NCBI GenBank assembly: GCA_021773835.1
Contig: JAJFJQ010000060.1
Span: forward strand, 8,540 to 72,539
DNA: 64,000 bases
From: Gammaproteobacteria bacterium
GTDB taxonomy: Bacteria > Pseudomonadota > Gammaproteobacteria > Ga0077536
Direction: 5' to 3'
The notes under the pieces were generated by a model. It was not told the DNA's origin. It did no database searches and worked only from the letters and a program-made list of their open reading frames with translations. A program made the position numbers and the translations under genes. Of this stretch, positions 27,601 through 37,130 are shown piece by piece (position 1 is the first letter of the stretch; every line of letters begins with the position of its first letter).

Positions 27601-29262
27601 TCAACCCACTTCCTTGTTGGTCGCCTCGCGCTTCAATCGATAAGCAAGCTGCGCTCGGGTCATCCCGAGCAGCCGTGCCGCGGCGCTCAGATTCCCATCC
27701 TTGCGATCAACGGCGAGCTTTAGCAATCGCGACTCCAAATCGTCGAACGTGAGCTCGTGCTGGATCGCGTACTCCAACAGATTATCGACCCGAGTGGCCT
27801 CACTGCTGCTATTCGCTCGACCACGAGATTCCCCAGGAAGCAAGCTATCCGCATCGATAGCCGCGTCGCTTGCCGTCAGGATCACGCCGCGTTCAATGAT
27901 GTTCTTCAGCTCACGAATGTTGCCGGGCCAGGCGTAACCAAGCAGGATCCCCATGGCCTCGTCCGACACGCTGGCGATTCGCTTACCGTGTGTCGCGGAA
28001 TACTTTTCAATGAAGTGGTGCACCAACAACGGGATATCGTGCAGTCGATCTCGCAGCGGCGGAATGGCGACTGGATATGGGTTGAGGCGATAGTACAAGT
28101 CGGCGCGAAAGTTGCCCGCGCTAACCGCTGCTTCGAGGTCGATATTGGTCGCTACGATCACCCTAACATCAACCCGCCGTACTGCGGTGTCACCAATACG
28201 TTCGATCTCACCCTCCTCTAGCACACGCAGGAGTTTCGCCTGCGCAGCGGGCGATAATTCACTGACCTCGTCCAAGAATAACGTGCCGCCATGTGCGCGC
28301 TCGAAACGCCCGGGACGCGACCGGCTCGCACCCGTAAAGGCGCCCTTTTCGACCCCAAATAGTTCCGATTCAATCAGGTCCTCTGGGATAGCAGCACAAT
28401 TAACCGCAACGAATGCGCCATTGGAGCGGGTACTCAGTTCGTGAATTCGACGCGCGAACATTTCCTTACCAACGCCGGTTTCGCCTAACAGCATCACCGT
28501 GACCTGGCTTGCCGCGACTTTATTAATCATCTCGAACGCGATTTTGAAACTTTCGCTCTCGCCGATTAATTCACCAGCGCCGTCTTGTTCGTTGATAGAA
28601 GCCCGCAGTTGTTCAACCTGGGTCTGCAACTCTAGAAGGCGGTCGGCCAAACTTTCCGGTTGAAAATACTTAAGATCTTGCTCTGCATCGTCCCAACGCT
28701 CGAGCGGCCGTCCAATGATGCGGCAATGCCGGTCACCGGTCGCCGCACACTCGACTTCGCGATAGAGGACGAAGCTGCCAAATAATTCAGAGGTGTATCC
28801 GGCCGCATAACCGATCTGCATCCAACAGGCAGGAGCCGTATCAACGCCGAAATGGGCCCGGTGGACCTCGGCCTCGTAGGAGTTTTCCCAAATGAACTCA
28901 CCTTCACAGATCCCGCGCGCCGCATTCATCTCGAATTTCACCGGCTTCACGTTGACGATGCCTTCGAGATTGTGGAGTTGAGGACCCATGACGTACATAT
29001 CGTTGTCGCTGGCATTCGGGAATAAACGACGCACGAACGCTGCATCTCTCGTACCCGACGCAAAGCCCATACGGGTTAACGCACCACGGGCACGATCGTG
29101 CCCGAGCGTCTCGATGAGTTCGCGTCTAAGCTCGCCCATGGCGCCCGCATGGACCATGATCATGCGCTGCTCGTCGAGCCAAATCTGTCCCGAGTCGGGC
29201 AGAAAACGCAGCCGAGAGCGCATCTCTGTACCCGCTTTTAGGTGGGATCCTGGTGTGGCCAT
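27601..29262 (-). CDS. dmpR: Sigma54-dependent XylR/DmpR-type transcriptional activator (phenol sensor)
   Basis: 553 aa. N-terminal XylR-N/V4R sensing domain, AAA+ sigma54-activation domain ([29 protein letters not shown]), C-terminal HTH. Confidence 0.9.
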   Translation of the reverse strand: MATPGSHLKAGTEMRSRLRFLPDSGQIWLDEQRMIMVHAGAMGELRRELIETLGHDRARGALTRMGFASGTRDAAFVRRLFPNASDNDMYVMGPQLHNLEGIVNVKPVKFEMNAARGICEGEFIWENSYEAEVHRAHFGVDTAPACWMQIGYAAGYTSELFGSFVLYREVECAATGDRHCRIIGRPLERWDDAEQDLKYFQPESLADRLLELQTQVEQLRASINEQDGAGELIGESESFKIAFEMINKVAASQVTVMLLGETGVGKEMFARRIHELSTRSNGAFVAVNCAAIPEDLIESELFGVEKGAFTGASRSRPGRFERAHGGTLFLDEVSELSPAAQAKLLRVLEEGEIERIGDTAVRRVDVRVIVATNIDLEAAVSAGNFRADLYYRLNPYPVAIPPLRDRLHDIPLLVHHFIEKYSATHGKRIASVSDEAMGILLGYAWPGNIRELKNIIERGVILTASDAAIDADSLLPGESRGRANSSSEATRVDNLLEYAIQHELTFDDLESRLLKLAVDRKDGNLSAAARLLGMTRAQLAYRLKREATNKEVG

Positions 29263-29852
29263 CGTTGCCCCTCACTTGATCAACGGATAATTCAAGATTT
29301 GATCATATCGTAAAAAGATAATTCGGAGTCGCTGGACGCAATAGGACTGAATTACTTCGATTGTGGAATTCGCGGGTTACGACTCGTTTGTGGTTCGCGC
29401 CTCCTCCGACCGTACGTCTATCTCTGGCAAAATTTACTCCAACATTACCGGGTGGGCTTTTTCATCAAAGAGTGGCCCGTGGCACAAGGGCGGCTAGGGC
29501 CCGATATCGTTAAGGGTTGTTGGACACCTGCCGACGTCGAAGTCTATCTGTTTAGCACGGCGTGATGGGGCAGGTGTCTAAAAAGCCCCGAGGTAGGAAA
29601 CCGCGGGGTTGTGCTGATGTGCTATGGGGGAAGTAGTTGAGTATCGATAGACGACGGTATCTTGATCGAGTAAATGTGTAGCACGATCTCCGTCGCCCGC
29701 TGTTGCGCTTCGTGTTGTTTCACGTTTATGCATCGACAATAAGGTCTCCGAAGACGCGGCAACTGCGGTCCCGTTCAGGTCAAACCATAGGGTGCCATCA
29801 TCGCCGTTTTGACGATGTCGGGTGTGACTCATTTGAGAACTAACGTGCAAGG

Positions 29853-31013
29853 TCACGGCGGCGCACGGGGTCGTTCAAAGCGCCGAAGCAGTTCGACGAT
29901 CGTCATTGGCGCGTGGCAGGTGGGGCACACGAAGGTGGGCGTGTCGTTCGCTTCGGGCTTTTCGGTAGTCGTTTCATTCGGCTCATCGTTGCTGAGTTGC
30001 TTGCGGATGAGTCGAAGGTTTTCTCTGCGACAGTGGTTGGACAAGAGCCCGAAGTGACGGATCCGATGAAAGCCTAACGGTAAGATGTGGATGAGGAAGC
30101 GACGGATAAATTCGCTGGTGTCGAGCCGCATCGTTTTATTGCGTTCGTTGGGCTTGGCGCGGTAGTCGGTCCACTTGAAGGTGACACCATGCTCATCGCA
30201 ACGCACGAGCCGGCGGTTAGCGATAACGACGCGGTGGGTATATCGAGAGAGATAAGCCAACACAGCTTCGGGACCTTGGAAGGGTCGCTTAGCATAGACG
30301 ACCCATTGCACACGTCGCGACGGTGCTAAATAGGCAGCGAAGGCTAGCGGATCGCTCAGGTGTTGGAGTCGCCCATAAAAGTTAAGTCGATCGTGTGCAT
30401 CGACGAGTTGTTCAAGGAACCGTCGTCGGAACAATCGCGATAACACGCGCACCGGTAAGAAGAATCCCTTTCTACAGGCTATCCATCGTTCGTTCTGCGA
30501 GAGACCGCCGCCCGGCACGATGCAATGCAGATGCGGATGATGCGTCAGCGCCGAGCCCCAAGTATGCAGCACGGCGGTGAAGCCAAGCTTAACGCCGAGA
30601 CGCTTGGGATCGGCGGCGATGGTCGTTAAGGTCTCAGAGGTCGCTTTAAACAATAGGTCGTAGACCACCGCTTTATTTTGATAGGCGATGTCGGCGATCG
30701 GCGCTGGTAAGGTGAACACGACGTGGTAATACTCAACGGGTAAGAGATCGGCCTCGCGAGCGGCCAACCACCGTTTGGCTGTCGCACCCTGACACTTCGG
30801 ACAATGCCGATTGCGACAGGAGTTGTAGGCGATCTGCTGCGTATCGCAGGCATCACAGCGCAATACATGACCGCCGAGCGCGGCCGAGCGACAGCGTTCA
30901 ATGGCCGACATGGCCTTGAGTTGGCCCAGACTTACATGTCCAGTGTTTTGATGTCGCCACGCCGGCCCGTGGTCGCGGAAGATGTCCGCGACCTCGAGAG
31001 CCTCGTGAGACAC
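29853..31013 (-). CDS. IS91-family rolling-circle (HUH/Y2) transposase
   Basis: 386 aa. N-terminal zinc-binding CxxC...CxxC, an HxH-like motif (HTWGSALTHHPHLHCIVPGGG), and a two-Tyr C-terminal region typical of IS91/ISCR transposases. Confidence 0.85.
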   Translation of the reverse strand: MSHEALEVADIFRDHGPAWRHQNTGHVSLGQLKAMSAIERCRSAALGGHVLRCDACDTQQIAYNSCRNRHCPKCQGATAKRWLAAREADLLPVEYYHVVFTLPAPIADIAYQNKAVVYDLLFKATSETLTTIAADPKRLGVKLGFTAVLHTWGSALTHHPHLHCIVPGGGLSQNERWIACRKGFFLPVRVLSRLFRRRFLEQLVDAHDRLNFYGRLQHLSDPLAFAAYLAPSRRVQWVVYAKRPFQGPEAVLAYLSRYTHRVVIANRRLVRCDEHGVTFKWTDYRAKPNERNKTMRLDTSEFIRRFLIHILPLGFHRIRHFGLLSNHCRRENLRLIRKQLSNDEPNETTTEKPEANDTPTFVCPTCHAPMTIVELLRRFERPRAPP

Positions 31014-31016
31014 GGG

Positions 31017-31901
31017 CTAACCCGGTGGTCGGATATCCAGATACTCGAGGGGCCCTCGGACCTCACGTAACAAGTTCGTCGCGACTTGGGTATAGCGCGC
31101 GGTGTTCTCGAGCTTCTTATGCCCCAGCAACACCTGGATAATGCGGATATCCTCGTGCTTCTCTAGCAAGTGAGTGGCAAAGGCGTGACGTAAGGAATGC
31201 AGCGACACGCGCTTGTCGATCTCGGCGGCGTTACGGGCAAAGTGGAACGCGCGATTGAGTTGCCGGGTCGATAAGGGATCCACCGGGTTTTGCCCGGGGA
31301 ATAACCAGCCACCCGGTAGCAGCTTATGTTGGGCCCGACCGTCGCGCCACCAGGCGCGCAAGATCTTGAGCAATCCGGGTGACAACATCGCGTGACGATC
31401 GCGCTTCCCTTTGCCCTGCTCGACACGGAGGATCATGCGCTCGCTGTCGATATCGCTCACCTTAAGATGGACGACCTCGCTGGCGCGTAATCCGGCGCCG
31501 TAAGCGACGCCGAGAGCGGCTTGATACTTCAGTCCGCCAGCAGCTTGTAGTAACCGGGTGACTTCTTCAGTACTCAGAATCTCGGGGATCTTGCGCGGCT
31601 CGTAGATGTGCCGCATCTTCTTCATCACTTCGGGCCGGTCGAGGGTGACATCGAAGAACATTTTTAGACCGGTGATGGTCGCGTTAATGGTCGTCGTCGA
31701 GACGCCTTGTTCGACGAGATGAAGTTGGAAACGCCGGAGGTCTTCGGCATCCGCCGTGTCGGGTGAACGCGCTAGGAAACGCGTGAAGTTCGCGACGGCT
31801 CGAACGTACTGTGTTTGAGTTCTCGGACTCAGTTTGCGCATCCTCATGTCGTCGAGCATGCGTTGACGCAACGGGCTGATGGGCTTGGTAGACTGGGCCA
31901 T
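31017..31901 (-). CDS. Tyrosine recombinase (phage-integrase family), co-oriented with and immediately upstream of the IS91-family transposase
   Basis: ATG at 31901 with an AGGAGA RBS. Catalytic R...HxLRH...Y pattern (RASEVVHLKVSDI; HSLRHAFATHLL; TARYTQV). Stop is 4 nt before the transposase start. Confidence 0.85.
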   Translation of the reverse strand: MAQSTKPISPLRQRMLDDMRMRKLSPRTQTQYVRAVANFTRFLARSPDTADAEDLRRFQLHLVEQGVSTTTINATITGLKMFFDVTLDRPEVMKKMRHIYEPRKIPEILSTEEVTRLLQAAGGLKYQAALGVAYGAGLRASEVVHLKVSDIDSERMILRVEQGKGKRDRHAMLSPGLLKILRAWWRDGRAQHKLLPGGWLFPGQNPVDPLSTRQLNRAFHFARNAAEIDKRVSLHSLRHAFATHLLEKHEDIRIIQVLLGHKKLENTARYTQVATNLLREVRGPLEYLDIRPPG

Positions 31902-32140
31902 GGGTACTTCTCCTGTGTTTTTGTTTGATGATTCGCAACACAACATCAACACAGGGGGAGCCCATACCCCAAAATTAACCTAGAAGAAAAAAACCAGCGC
32001 GGCCTCAACAATACCGCGAGAGCGGTTTAGTACATCGAACCTAAACGGCCTGTAAGCAATTGCTAATATACAGGTTGTAGAGCAACGCACGGAGCGGTTG
32101 CCGACGGTTGCTATCGTCGCGTCAAAATCGGGGTCGGAGT

Positions 32141-33466
32141 CTGAAGGATCCCCACAAAATTAATTAGCATTAAAGGCATAGTGTTGCACATTGAGTTGTA
32201 GCCGTTGAAGGGCAGCACGTAATTCGTGCTGGGCGCAGCGCGTATTTCTAAACAATAATCGTGTACCGACGAAGAAGACGGATAAAACGGTGTAGCGTTT
32301 TTCAGTGTTTGCCTGAAGCGTGCGGGCGATCCCTCGCTTGATCCCGACAAGGCCAGTCAGCCAAATACCAATGGTAGCGATGGCGGCGATTAATAAGAGA
32401 TTGGCGAGTCGGTCCGGGTGACGTCCTAAGTTTTGGCGGAAGGCGAAACCATGGCGGTGGGCCTTGAGGTCACGAAAGCTGAGTTCAATACTCATGCGCT
32501 CGCGGTAGATAGCAACGACCCGTTTGGCACGATTAGCTTGTGCTGGCAGATTACTCACCAATAGCCACGGTTCACGTTCCCGTTTGGCGTGTTTCAAGCT
32601 AGCTGAGTTGCGGCGTGGCTTACCGTGTGCGGTCAGTCGTTTGCGTCCTTTCGAGTGTTTGCGATAGAGATAGGCGTGGGTTAACCAGGGCTTGGAGCGG
32701 GGAAGCCACAACTCACCGGCGTCTCGGGGGCGAGCGGTGGCTTGCGCATACAGGGATTTCGCTGGCACCCAGGTTTCGGTGTCAGGGAAGCACACGAACT
32801 CACGGTTGCGTACACGACCCACATAATACCAACCGAGTGTTTCGACGGCTTTGAACCAGGGGCGCCTAAAACCCGCATCGGTAACGATGATGGGGATGCA
32901 ATCGTGCGGCAACAAGCTTGCCAATTGGGTGAGGAAACGTCGGGTATCTGTAGGATGATTATTACGTGTCAGCACTTGTTCGTACAACGGTAGTGACCGT
33001 CCACCAACGGCTACTGCCGCACGCAAAATAAACCGCGTTCGAGCGCCGTCCACATCCGAGAAATCGACGATGATGTTCGGGTGGCGACAGCCACCCAGGA
33101 CCAAGCGGCAAAGCCAACCGTAGATAGCTTCGCGCTCATGGCTGAGCCGATGATTACCCAACAACCGGTCCATCCGTTTGATGGCATGTTTCTCGGACGT
33201 CCCGAGCCGTAGACTGCGCCCTAACGCCGTCAGATAAAGTTGTTGCCCTCGCAGGAGTCCTTCGACGGCCAGAAACAACGTCATTAGGCGCGTTGAATGC
33301 ATCTCCGGTAGCGCTTTACCCATCCACTTCTGTAACATCCCGATCGCATGCATGGCATCCTCCAAGTGACCAAATTGACCTCGTAATCGATCTGATCACT
33401 GGATGCCATGTATGTTCCCGAACATTAACTCGTTGTTATTGATCACTTTTTTATGGGGAGCTGTCA
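32141..33466 (-). mobile_element. IS4-family insertion sequence, 1326 bp, with imperfect terminal inverted repeats and a 10-bp target site duplication
   Basis: Ends CTGAAGGATCCCCACAAAAT... and ...TTTTTTATGGGGAGCTGTCA (core CCCCAYAAAA inverted). Direct repeat GGGTCGGAGT at 32131-32140 and 33467-33476. Confidence 0.7.
32160..33365 (-). CDS. IS4-family DDE transposase
   Basis: 401 aa. C-terminal Y-(2)-R-(3)-E-(6)-K signature (YRERMSIELSFRDLK). Confidence 0.85.
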   Translation of the reverse strand: MEDAMHAIGMLQKWMGKALPEMHSTRLMTLFLAVEGLLRGQQLYLTALGRSLRLGTSEKHAIKRMDRLLGNHRLSHEREAIYGWLCRLVLGGCRHPNIIVDFSDVDGARTRFILRAAVAVGGRSLPLYEQVLTRNNHPTDTRRFLTQLASLLPHDCIPIIVTDAGFRRPWFKAVETLGWYYVGRVRNREFVCFPDTETWVPAKSLYAQATARPRDAGELWLPRSKPWLTHAYLYRKHSKGRKRLTAHGKPRRNSASLKHAKREREPWLLVSNLPAQANRAKRVVAIYRERMSIELSFRDLKAHRHGFAFRQNLGRHPDRLANLLLIAAIATIGIWLTGLVGIKRGIARTLQANTEKRYTVLSVFFVGTRLLFRNTRCAQHELRAALQRLQLNVQHYAFNAN

Positions 33467-33828
33467 GGGTCGGAGTAGTTTTTTGTCGATTGGTCATTGC
33501 TAACAGCGAAGAACGGGACACCCACAATAAGATTTGCGTGGCGGAAGAATGAATCGAGCAATTCGACCTCGGTGTGACCAATTGGGGCGATGACGAAGAC
33601 CCGGTTACGATTTCGTGTCGGCATCGCATCTGCCCTGCCATTTTAGGGGGTGTCCCAATACCCCCCCCCAATAATCTCCCCCTCCAGAATCCCTTCCTGA
33701 GGACAATGACCTGCGCCAGAGCACCTGGTTCTACGTATTAGCCAGCGATCTGGGTACACTCGGGATCCGGCATTTCTCCGCGGAACGTTGGGATAACGCC
33801 GCACAACACATAAATCAAGGAGAAACCG

Positions 33829-34533
33829 ATGGCCACGCCAACGAAAGAAGAAGTACAGCAGGCACTCGATACAATCTTCGCCGCCGACTCTGAAATTTAC
33901 CAGAGCCGCGGTTTTCAACGGCGCATCGGATTTGGCAAGCGTCCGGCGCTGTTGATCATCGATCTCGCAAATGCTTGGACCCGGCCCGGCCACAAATTCA
34001 GCTGCGACGGGATGGATGTCATTATCCCGACCAATCAAAAACTCCTAGAGGCGGCCCGCAAAAAGAATATTCCGATCATCTACACGACCACTGCTTACCA
34101 GGATCCGGACGGCCCCCGCTCGGACACCGGACTCTGGGCCTTGAAAATCCCAGTCGAATCGTTGGAGGAAGGATCCGAGGCGGCACAAATTGACGATCGC
34201 ATCGCACCGATCCCGGAACGCGGCGAACAAGTGATCGTGAAAAAAAGGGCAAGCGCCTTCCACGGCACTTATCTGGCCGGCTACTTGAGGGCCCAGGGTG
34301 TCGATACCGTGATCACGACTGGCGTGACCATGGCTGGCTGCGTGCGTCACACCGCTGAAGACACCATCGCCGAAGGCTTTCGTCCGATCCTCGTGCGTGA
34401 AGGCTGCGGTGACCGAGTGCCCGGTGTAACCGAGTGGAACCTATTTGATATTGACGCTAAGTTCGGCGACGTAGAACCACTCGATCGTGTGCTGGAATAT
34501 CTCGCAGGCATCGAACCACACGCCGCGACATAA
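33829..34533 (+). CDS. Isochorismatase-family cysteine hydrolase
   Basis: 234 aa. Motifs PALLIIDLANAW, and VITTGVTMAGCVRHTAEDT with the catalytic Cys. Confidence 0.8.
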   Translation: MATPTKEEVQQALDTIFAADSEIYQSRGFQRRIGFGKRPALLIIDLANAWTRPGHKFSCDGMDVIIPTNQKLLEAARKKNIPIIYTTTAYQDPDGPRSDTGLWALKIPVESLEEGSEAAQIDDRIAPIPERGEQVIVKKRASAFHGTYLAGYLRAQGVDTVITTGVTMAGCVRHTAEDTIAEGFRPILVREGCGDRVPGVTEWNLFDIDAKFGDVEPLDRVLEYLAGIEPHAAT

Positions 34534-34725
34534 AAAATGGGGTCGGAGTAGTTTTTGGGAGCGACTTTGGACGCGCTTCTTCGAGATCTTTATACCAGCG
34601 CCCAATGTGCTGACGCTCGCGGTGCGCGAGGTTAACTCGAATCGCTTACACACTCAAAGCATATAACGCCGAGACCAATGTAATGCGCATGGAAACGGCC
34701 GGCGAAAACGGGCCCCATGAGAGGC

Positions 34726-35313
34726 TCATCGCGAAGAGCCCGTACTAGCGAGCGCTTTCTTTATTTCGTTTTCGATACTGTACGTAGAGTTAATTGCGAT
34801 CGAGACAAGACGACCGTCTTTGAGTTTGGCGAATAAAATGTCATAGCCTTCCCCCGGTTCATGGTTGTCCCCGGGCGAGGACACTGTCCTATGGAACAAG
34901 GCATCAATGTCATCGATGAAAACTCGCCGGTGTGATCGGAATGAAAACCAGAACCGATAGAAGCGTAGTTCACGTAAAGTTTTGTCGAGTACGAGTCGCC
35001 CCCGCGTTAGAGAAAATATCCCAAGAAATATAGATCCGCAGCAAAGTAGGAAGCCGATAAATACTAGGAGAATCTTTACCATCAGGTGAGATTGATGCGA
35101 CAGCGGATCGTGTTGGTAGGCATACCACAATACCCACCCGAAACTACATGACACCCCGCCGGTAAGAAAATTCAGCCACAGCGGCGTCGCCCAGACCAAC
35201 CGAGTGTTTCCGATCGATGCGCAATTAAGGTTCTGGTACGCATAAGGCAGATCGAAATCCGTGAGGCCACCTGCGTTGCCTCGTAGTTTGCTATGTTTTT
35301 CGCGAAACGACAC
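34726..35313 (-). CDS. Hypothetical membrane protein (2-3 TMS) in an AT-richer segment
   Basis: 195 aa. No family recognised. Codon usage and GC differ from neighbours. Confidence 0.35.
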   Translation of the reverse strand: MSFREKHSKLRGNAGGLTDFDLPYAYQNLNCASIGNTRLVWATPLWLNFLTGGVSCSFGWVLWYAYQHDPLSHQSHLMVKILLVFIGFLLCCGSIFLGIFSLTRGRLVLDKTLRELRFYRFWFSFRSHRRVFIDDIDALFHRTVSSPGDNHEPGEGYDILFAKLKDGRLVSIAINSTYSIENEIKKALASTGSSR

Positions 35314-35607
35314 CTTGGAATTCGTTTATACCGGAAGTCCCTTAAGAGAACCTGTGTTTATTGTGCACGCTGCAATGCATCATTACATTCCTCGCCAATC
35401 AAAATGTACATTTCGGACAATCACAATAAATATTAATGTTAAAGCCACATTGCGTAGCGATACGATCCTGGTGTTCCTCGTTACGGCGATGACGAAGCCG
35501 CTGTCGCGCCTTCCTGTCGGCATCAGCGCCGTCCCACCACCTTGGTGGATGTCATACAATGCACTTTGTCTGTTCGAGAGGCTTCGAACGAAAAAAGAGA
35601 ATTTGGT

Positions 35608-36438
35608 ATGTCTGATGAAAATCTTGTAGTGGGTCACTACACCTCCGGCCATCTACTCACGGCAATCGAAGCCGCCGTTATTGCGGCGGGTAAAACAACC
35701 GCCAACATTACTGTCGATGATCTTGGCCCGGTAGACGAATTTCACATTGGCGGACGAGCCGCGAGCCAAAGTTTCCTCGATCAACTCTCACTCAATCCCG
35801 AAGATCATGTGCTGGATGTCGGTTGCGGATTAGGTGGCGCAAGTCGATTCGTCGCAAATCATTACGGCAGCCGCGTGACCGGAATCGATTTAACTGACGA
35901 GTTTATTCAAACCGGCAAAGCATTGTGTAGCTGGGTCGGGCTAGACAAGCTCGTAACGCTTGATTGCGGTAGCGCGACCGCTATGACATATGACCAGGCG
36001 GTGTTTGATAAGGCGTATATGATGCACGTAGGCATGAATATCGCCGATAAGCACCTGCTGGCGAGCAATGTGTCTCGCGTCCTTAGGCCGGGTGGATTGT
36101 TTGGCATTTATGATGTGATGCAAACCGGGAACGGAGCGCTAAGCTTTCCCGTTCCATGGGCTACCACCGCGCTCGGCAGCGTGGTTGAAAGTCCAACGTA
36201 TTACCGTGCGGCGTTGGAGCAAGCCGGCTTCGAAATCATCGCAGAACGCAATCGTCGAGATTTTGCGCTCGAATTCTTTGAGAACATGGCCGCGTCAAAT
36301 GCAGCTACCGGCGGGCCGCCGCCGTTAGGGCTGCACATAGTCATGGGCGAAGATAGACCGGCGAAAGTGAAAAACATGATCGACAATATCGCCGAGGGCC
36401 GGGTCGCACCGGTCGAAATCATTGCACGAAAACAATGA
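35608..36438 (+). CDS. Class I SAM-dependent methyltransferase
   Basis: ATG at 35608. SAM motif I VLDVGCGLGGASRFVA and motif II VTGIDL. Confidence 0.75.
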   Translation: MSDENLVVGHYTSGHLLTAIEAAVIAAGKTTANITVDDLGPVDEFHIGGRAASQSFLDQLSLNPEDHVLDVGCGLGGASRFVANHYGSRVTGIDLTDEFIQTGKALCSWVGLDKLVTLDCGSATAMTYDQAVFDKAYMMHVGMNIADKHLLASNVSRVLRPGGLFGIYDVMQTGNGALSFPVPWATTALGSVVESPTYYRAALEQAGFEIIAERNRRDFALEFFENMAASNAATGGPPPLGLHIVMGEDRPAKVKNMIDNIAEGRVAPVEIIARKQ

Positions 36439-36448
36439 CACAAGGATC

Positions 36449-36952
36449 TTAGTCAGGGGGCAGCTGGTCGGGTCGCGCAAAAAACGCCTTGTCCAACAAC
36501 TCCTGTACGTTTGCCGGACGTTCGATATTTGCCGGTCTGTCTTCACCGGGTTGTCGTACCGGACCAAGCGCCGAAATTAAGGTTTCGAGACCCGGAGGTA
36601 AGATCACCCAGAATATTTTCAATTGGGAGTCGCCTTCATTGACGAATCCATGTTTAACCCAGCGCCCCGCGTACACAAGAGAACCTGGCTCGACGGGAAA
36701 ACGTTCACCATCGACAATCGCGGTGCCATGTCCTTCGAATACGAATAACATCTCTTCGTTGCGCTGATGTCCATGCTGGCGTAGCTCACCACCTGGATCG
36801 ACAACCTGAACGCCCGCCGCGAATTGATTGCTCGGCAGATTAAATGGACTCAATTTGACGGTCGCATAGCCGCCGGCCGGCTCGGGCTGCCAAAATGAGT
36901 CGCCGTCGTCGGGTCCCAAAACGAATTTAAGGCCTTTGTCGGGGTGTTCCAT
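36449..36952 (-). CDS. Cupin-domain protein
   Basis: Start MEHPDKG with AGGAG 7 nt upstream. Cupin motifs G(X)5HXH(X)nE...H are partly recognisable (HGHQRNEEMLFVFEGHG...VKHGF). Confidence 0.65.
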   Translation of the reverse strand: MEHPDKGLKFVLGPDDGDSFWQPEPAGGYATVKLSPFNLPSNQFAAGVQVVDPGGELRQHGHQRNEEMLFVFEGHGTAIVDGERFPVEPGSLVYAGRWVKHGFVNEGDSQLKIFWVILPPGLETLISALGPVRQPGEDRPANIERPANVQELLDKAFFARPDQLPPD

Positions 36953-37130
36953 CGGCATACTCCTGCTACCCACAGTACAGAACGTGTCGCGTTATAGTAG
37001 GGACCATCTTAAATACTAAGCTTATGCTTTACCACGGCGCAACGAGCAAACAACCCGGCAAAAGGCCGGTTTGAAGATCGCAGACAATGAGTTCTAATCA
37101 TCAAACACATAAAGCATGTTTGGAGGTCCT

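Larger units (their letters stand above)
29853..31901 (-). mobile_element. IS91-family element (integrase plus rolling-circle transposase). Termini not defined.
   Basis: Two-gene arrangement seen in a subset of IS91-family elements. IS91-type ends lack inverted repeats and could not be located by eye. Confidence 0.6.

Noticed and set aside
33396-34038. Two minus-strand ORFs (91 and 131 aa) upstream of the isochorismatase gene
   Set aside because: They span the poly-C tract and the IS4 end and have no family signal. They are likely non-coding promoter or terminus DNA.
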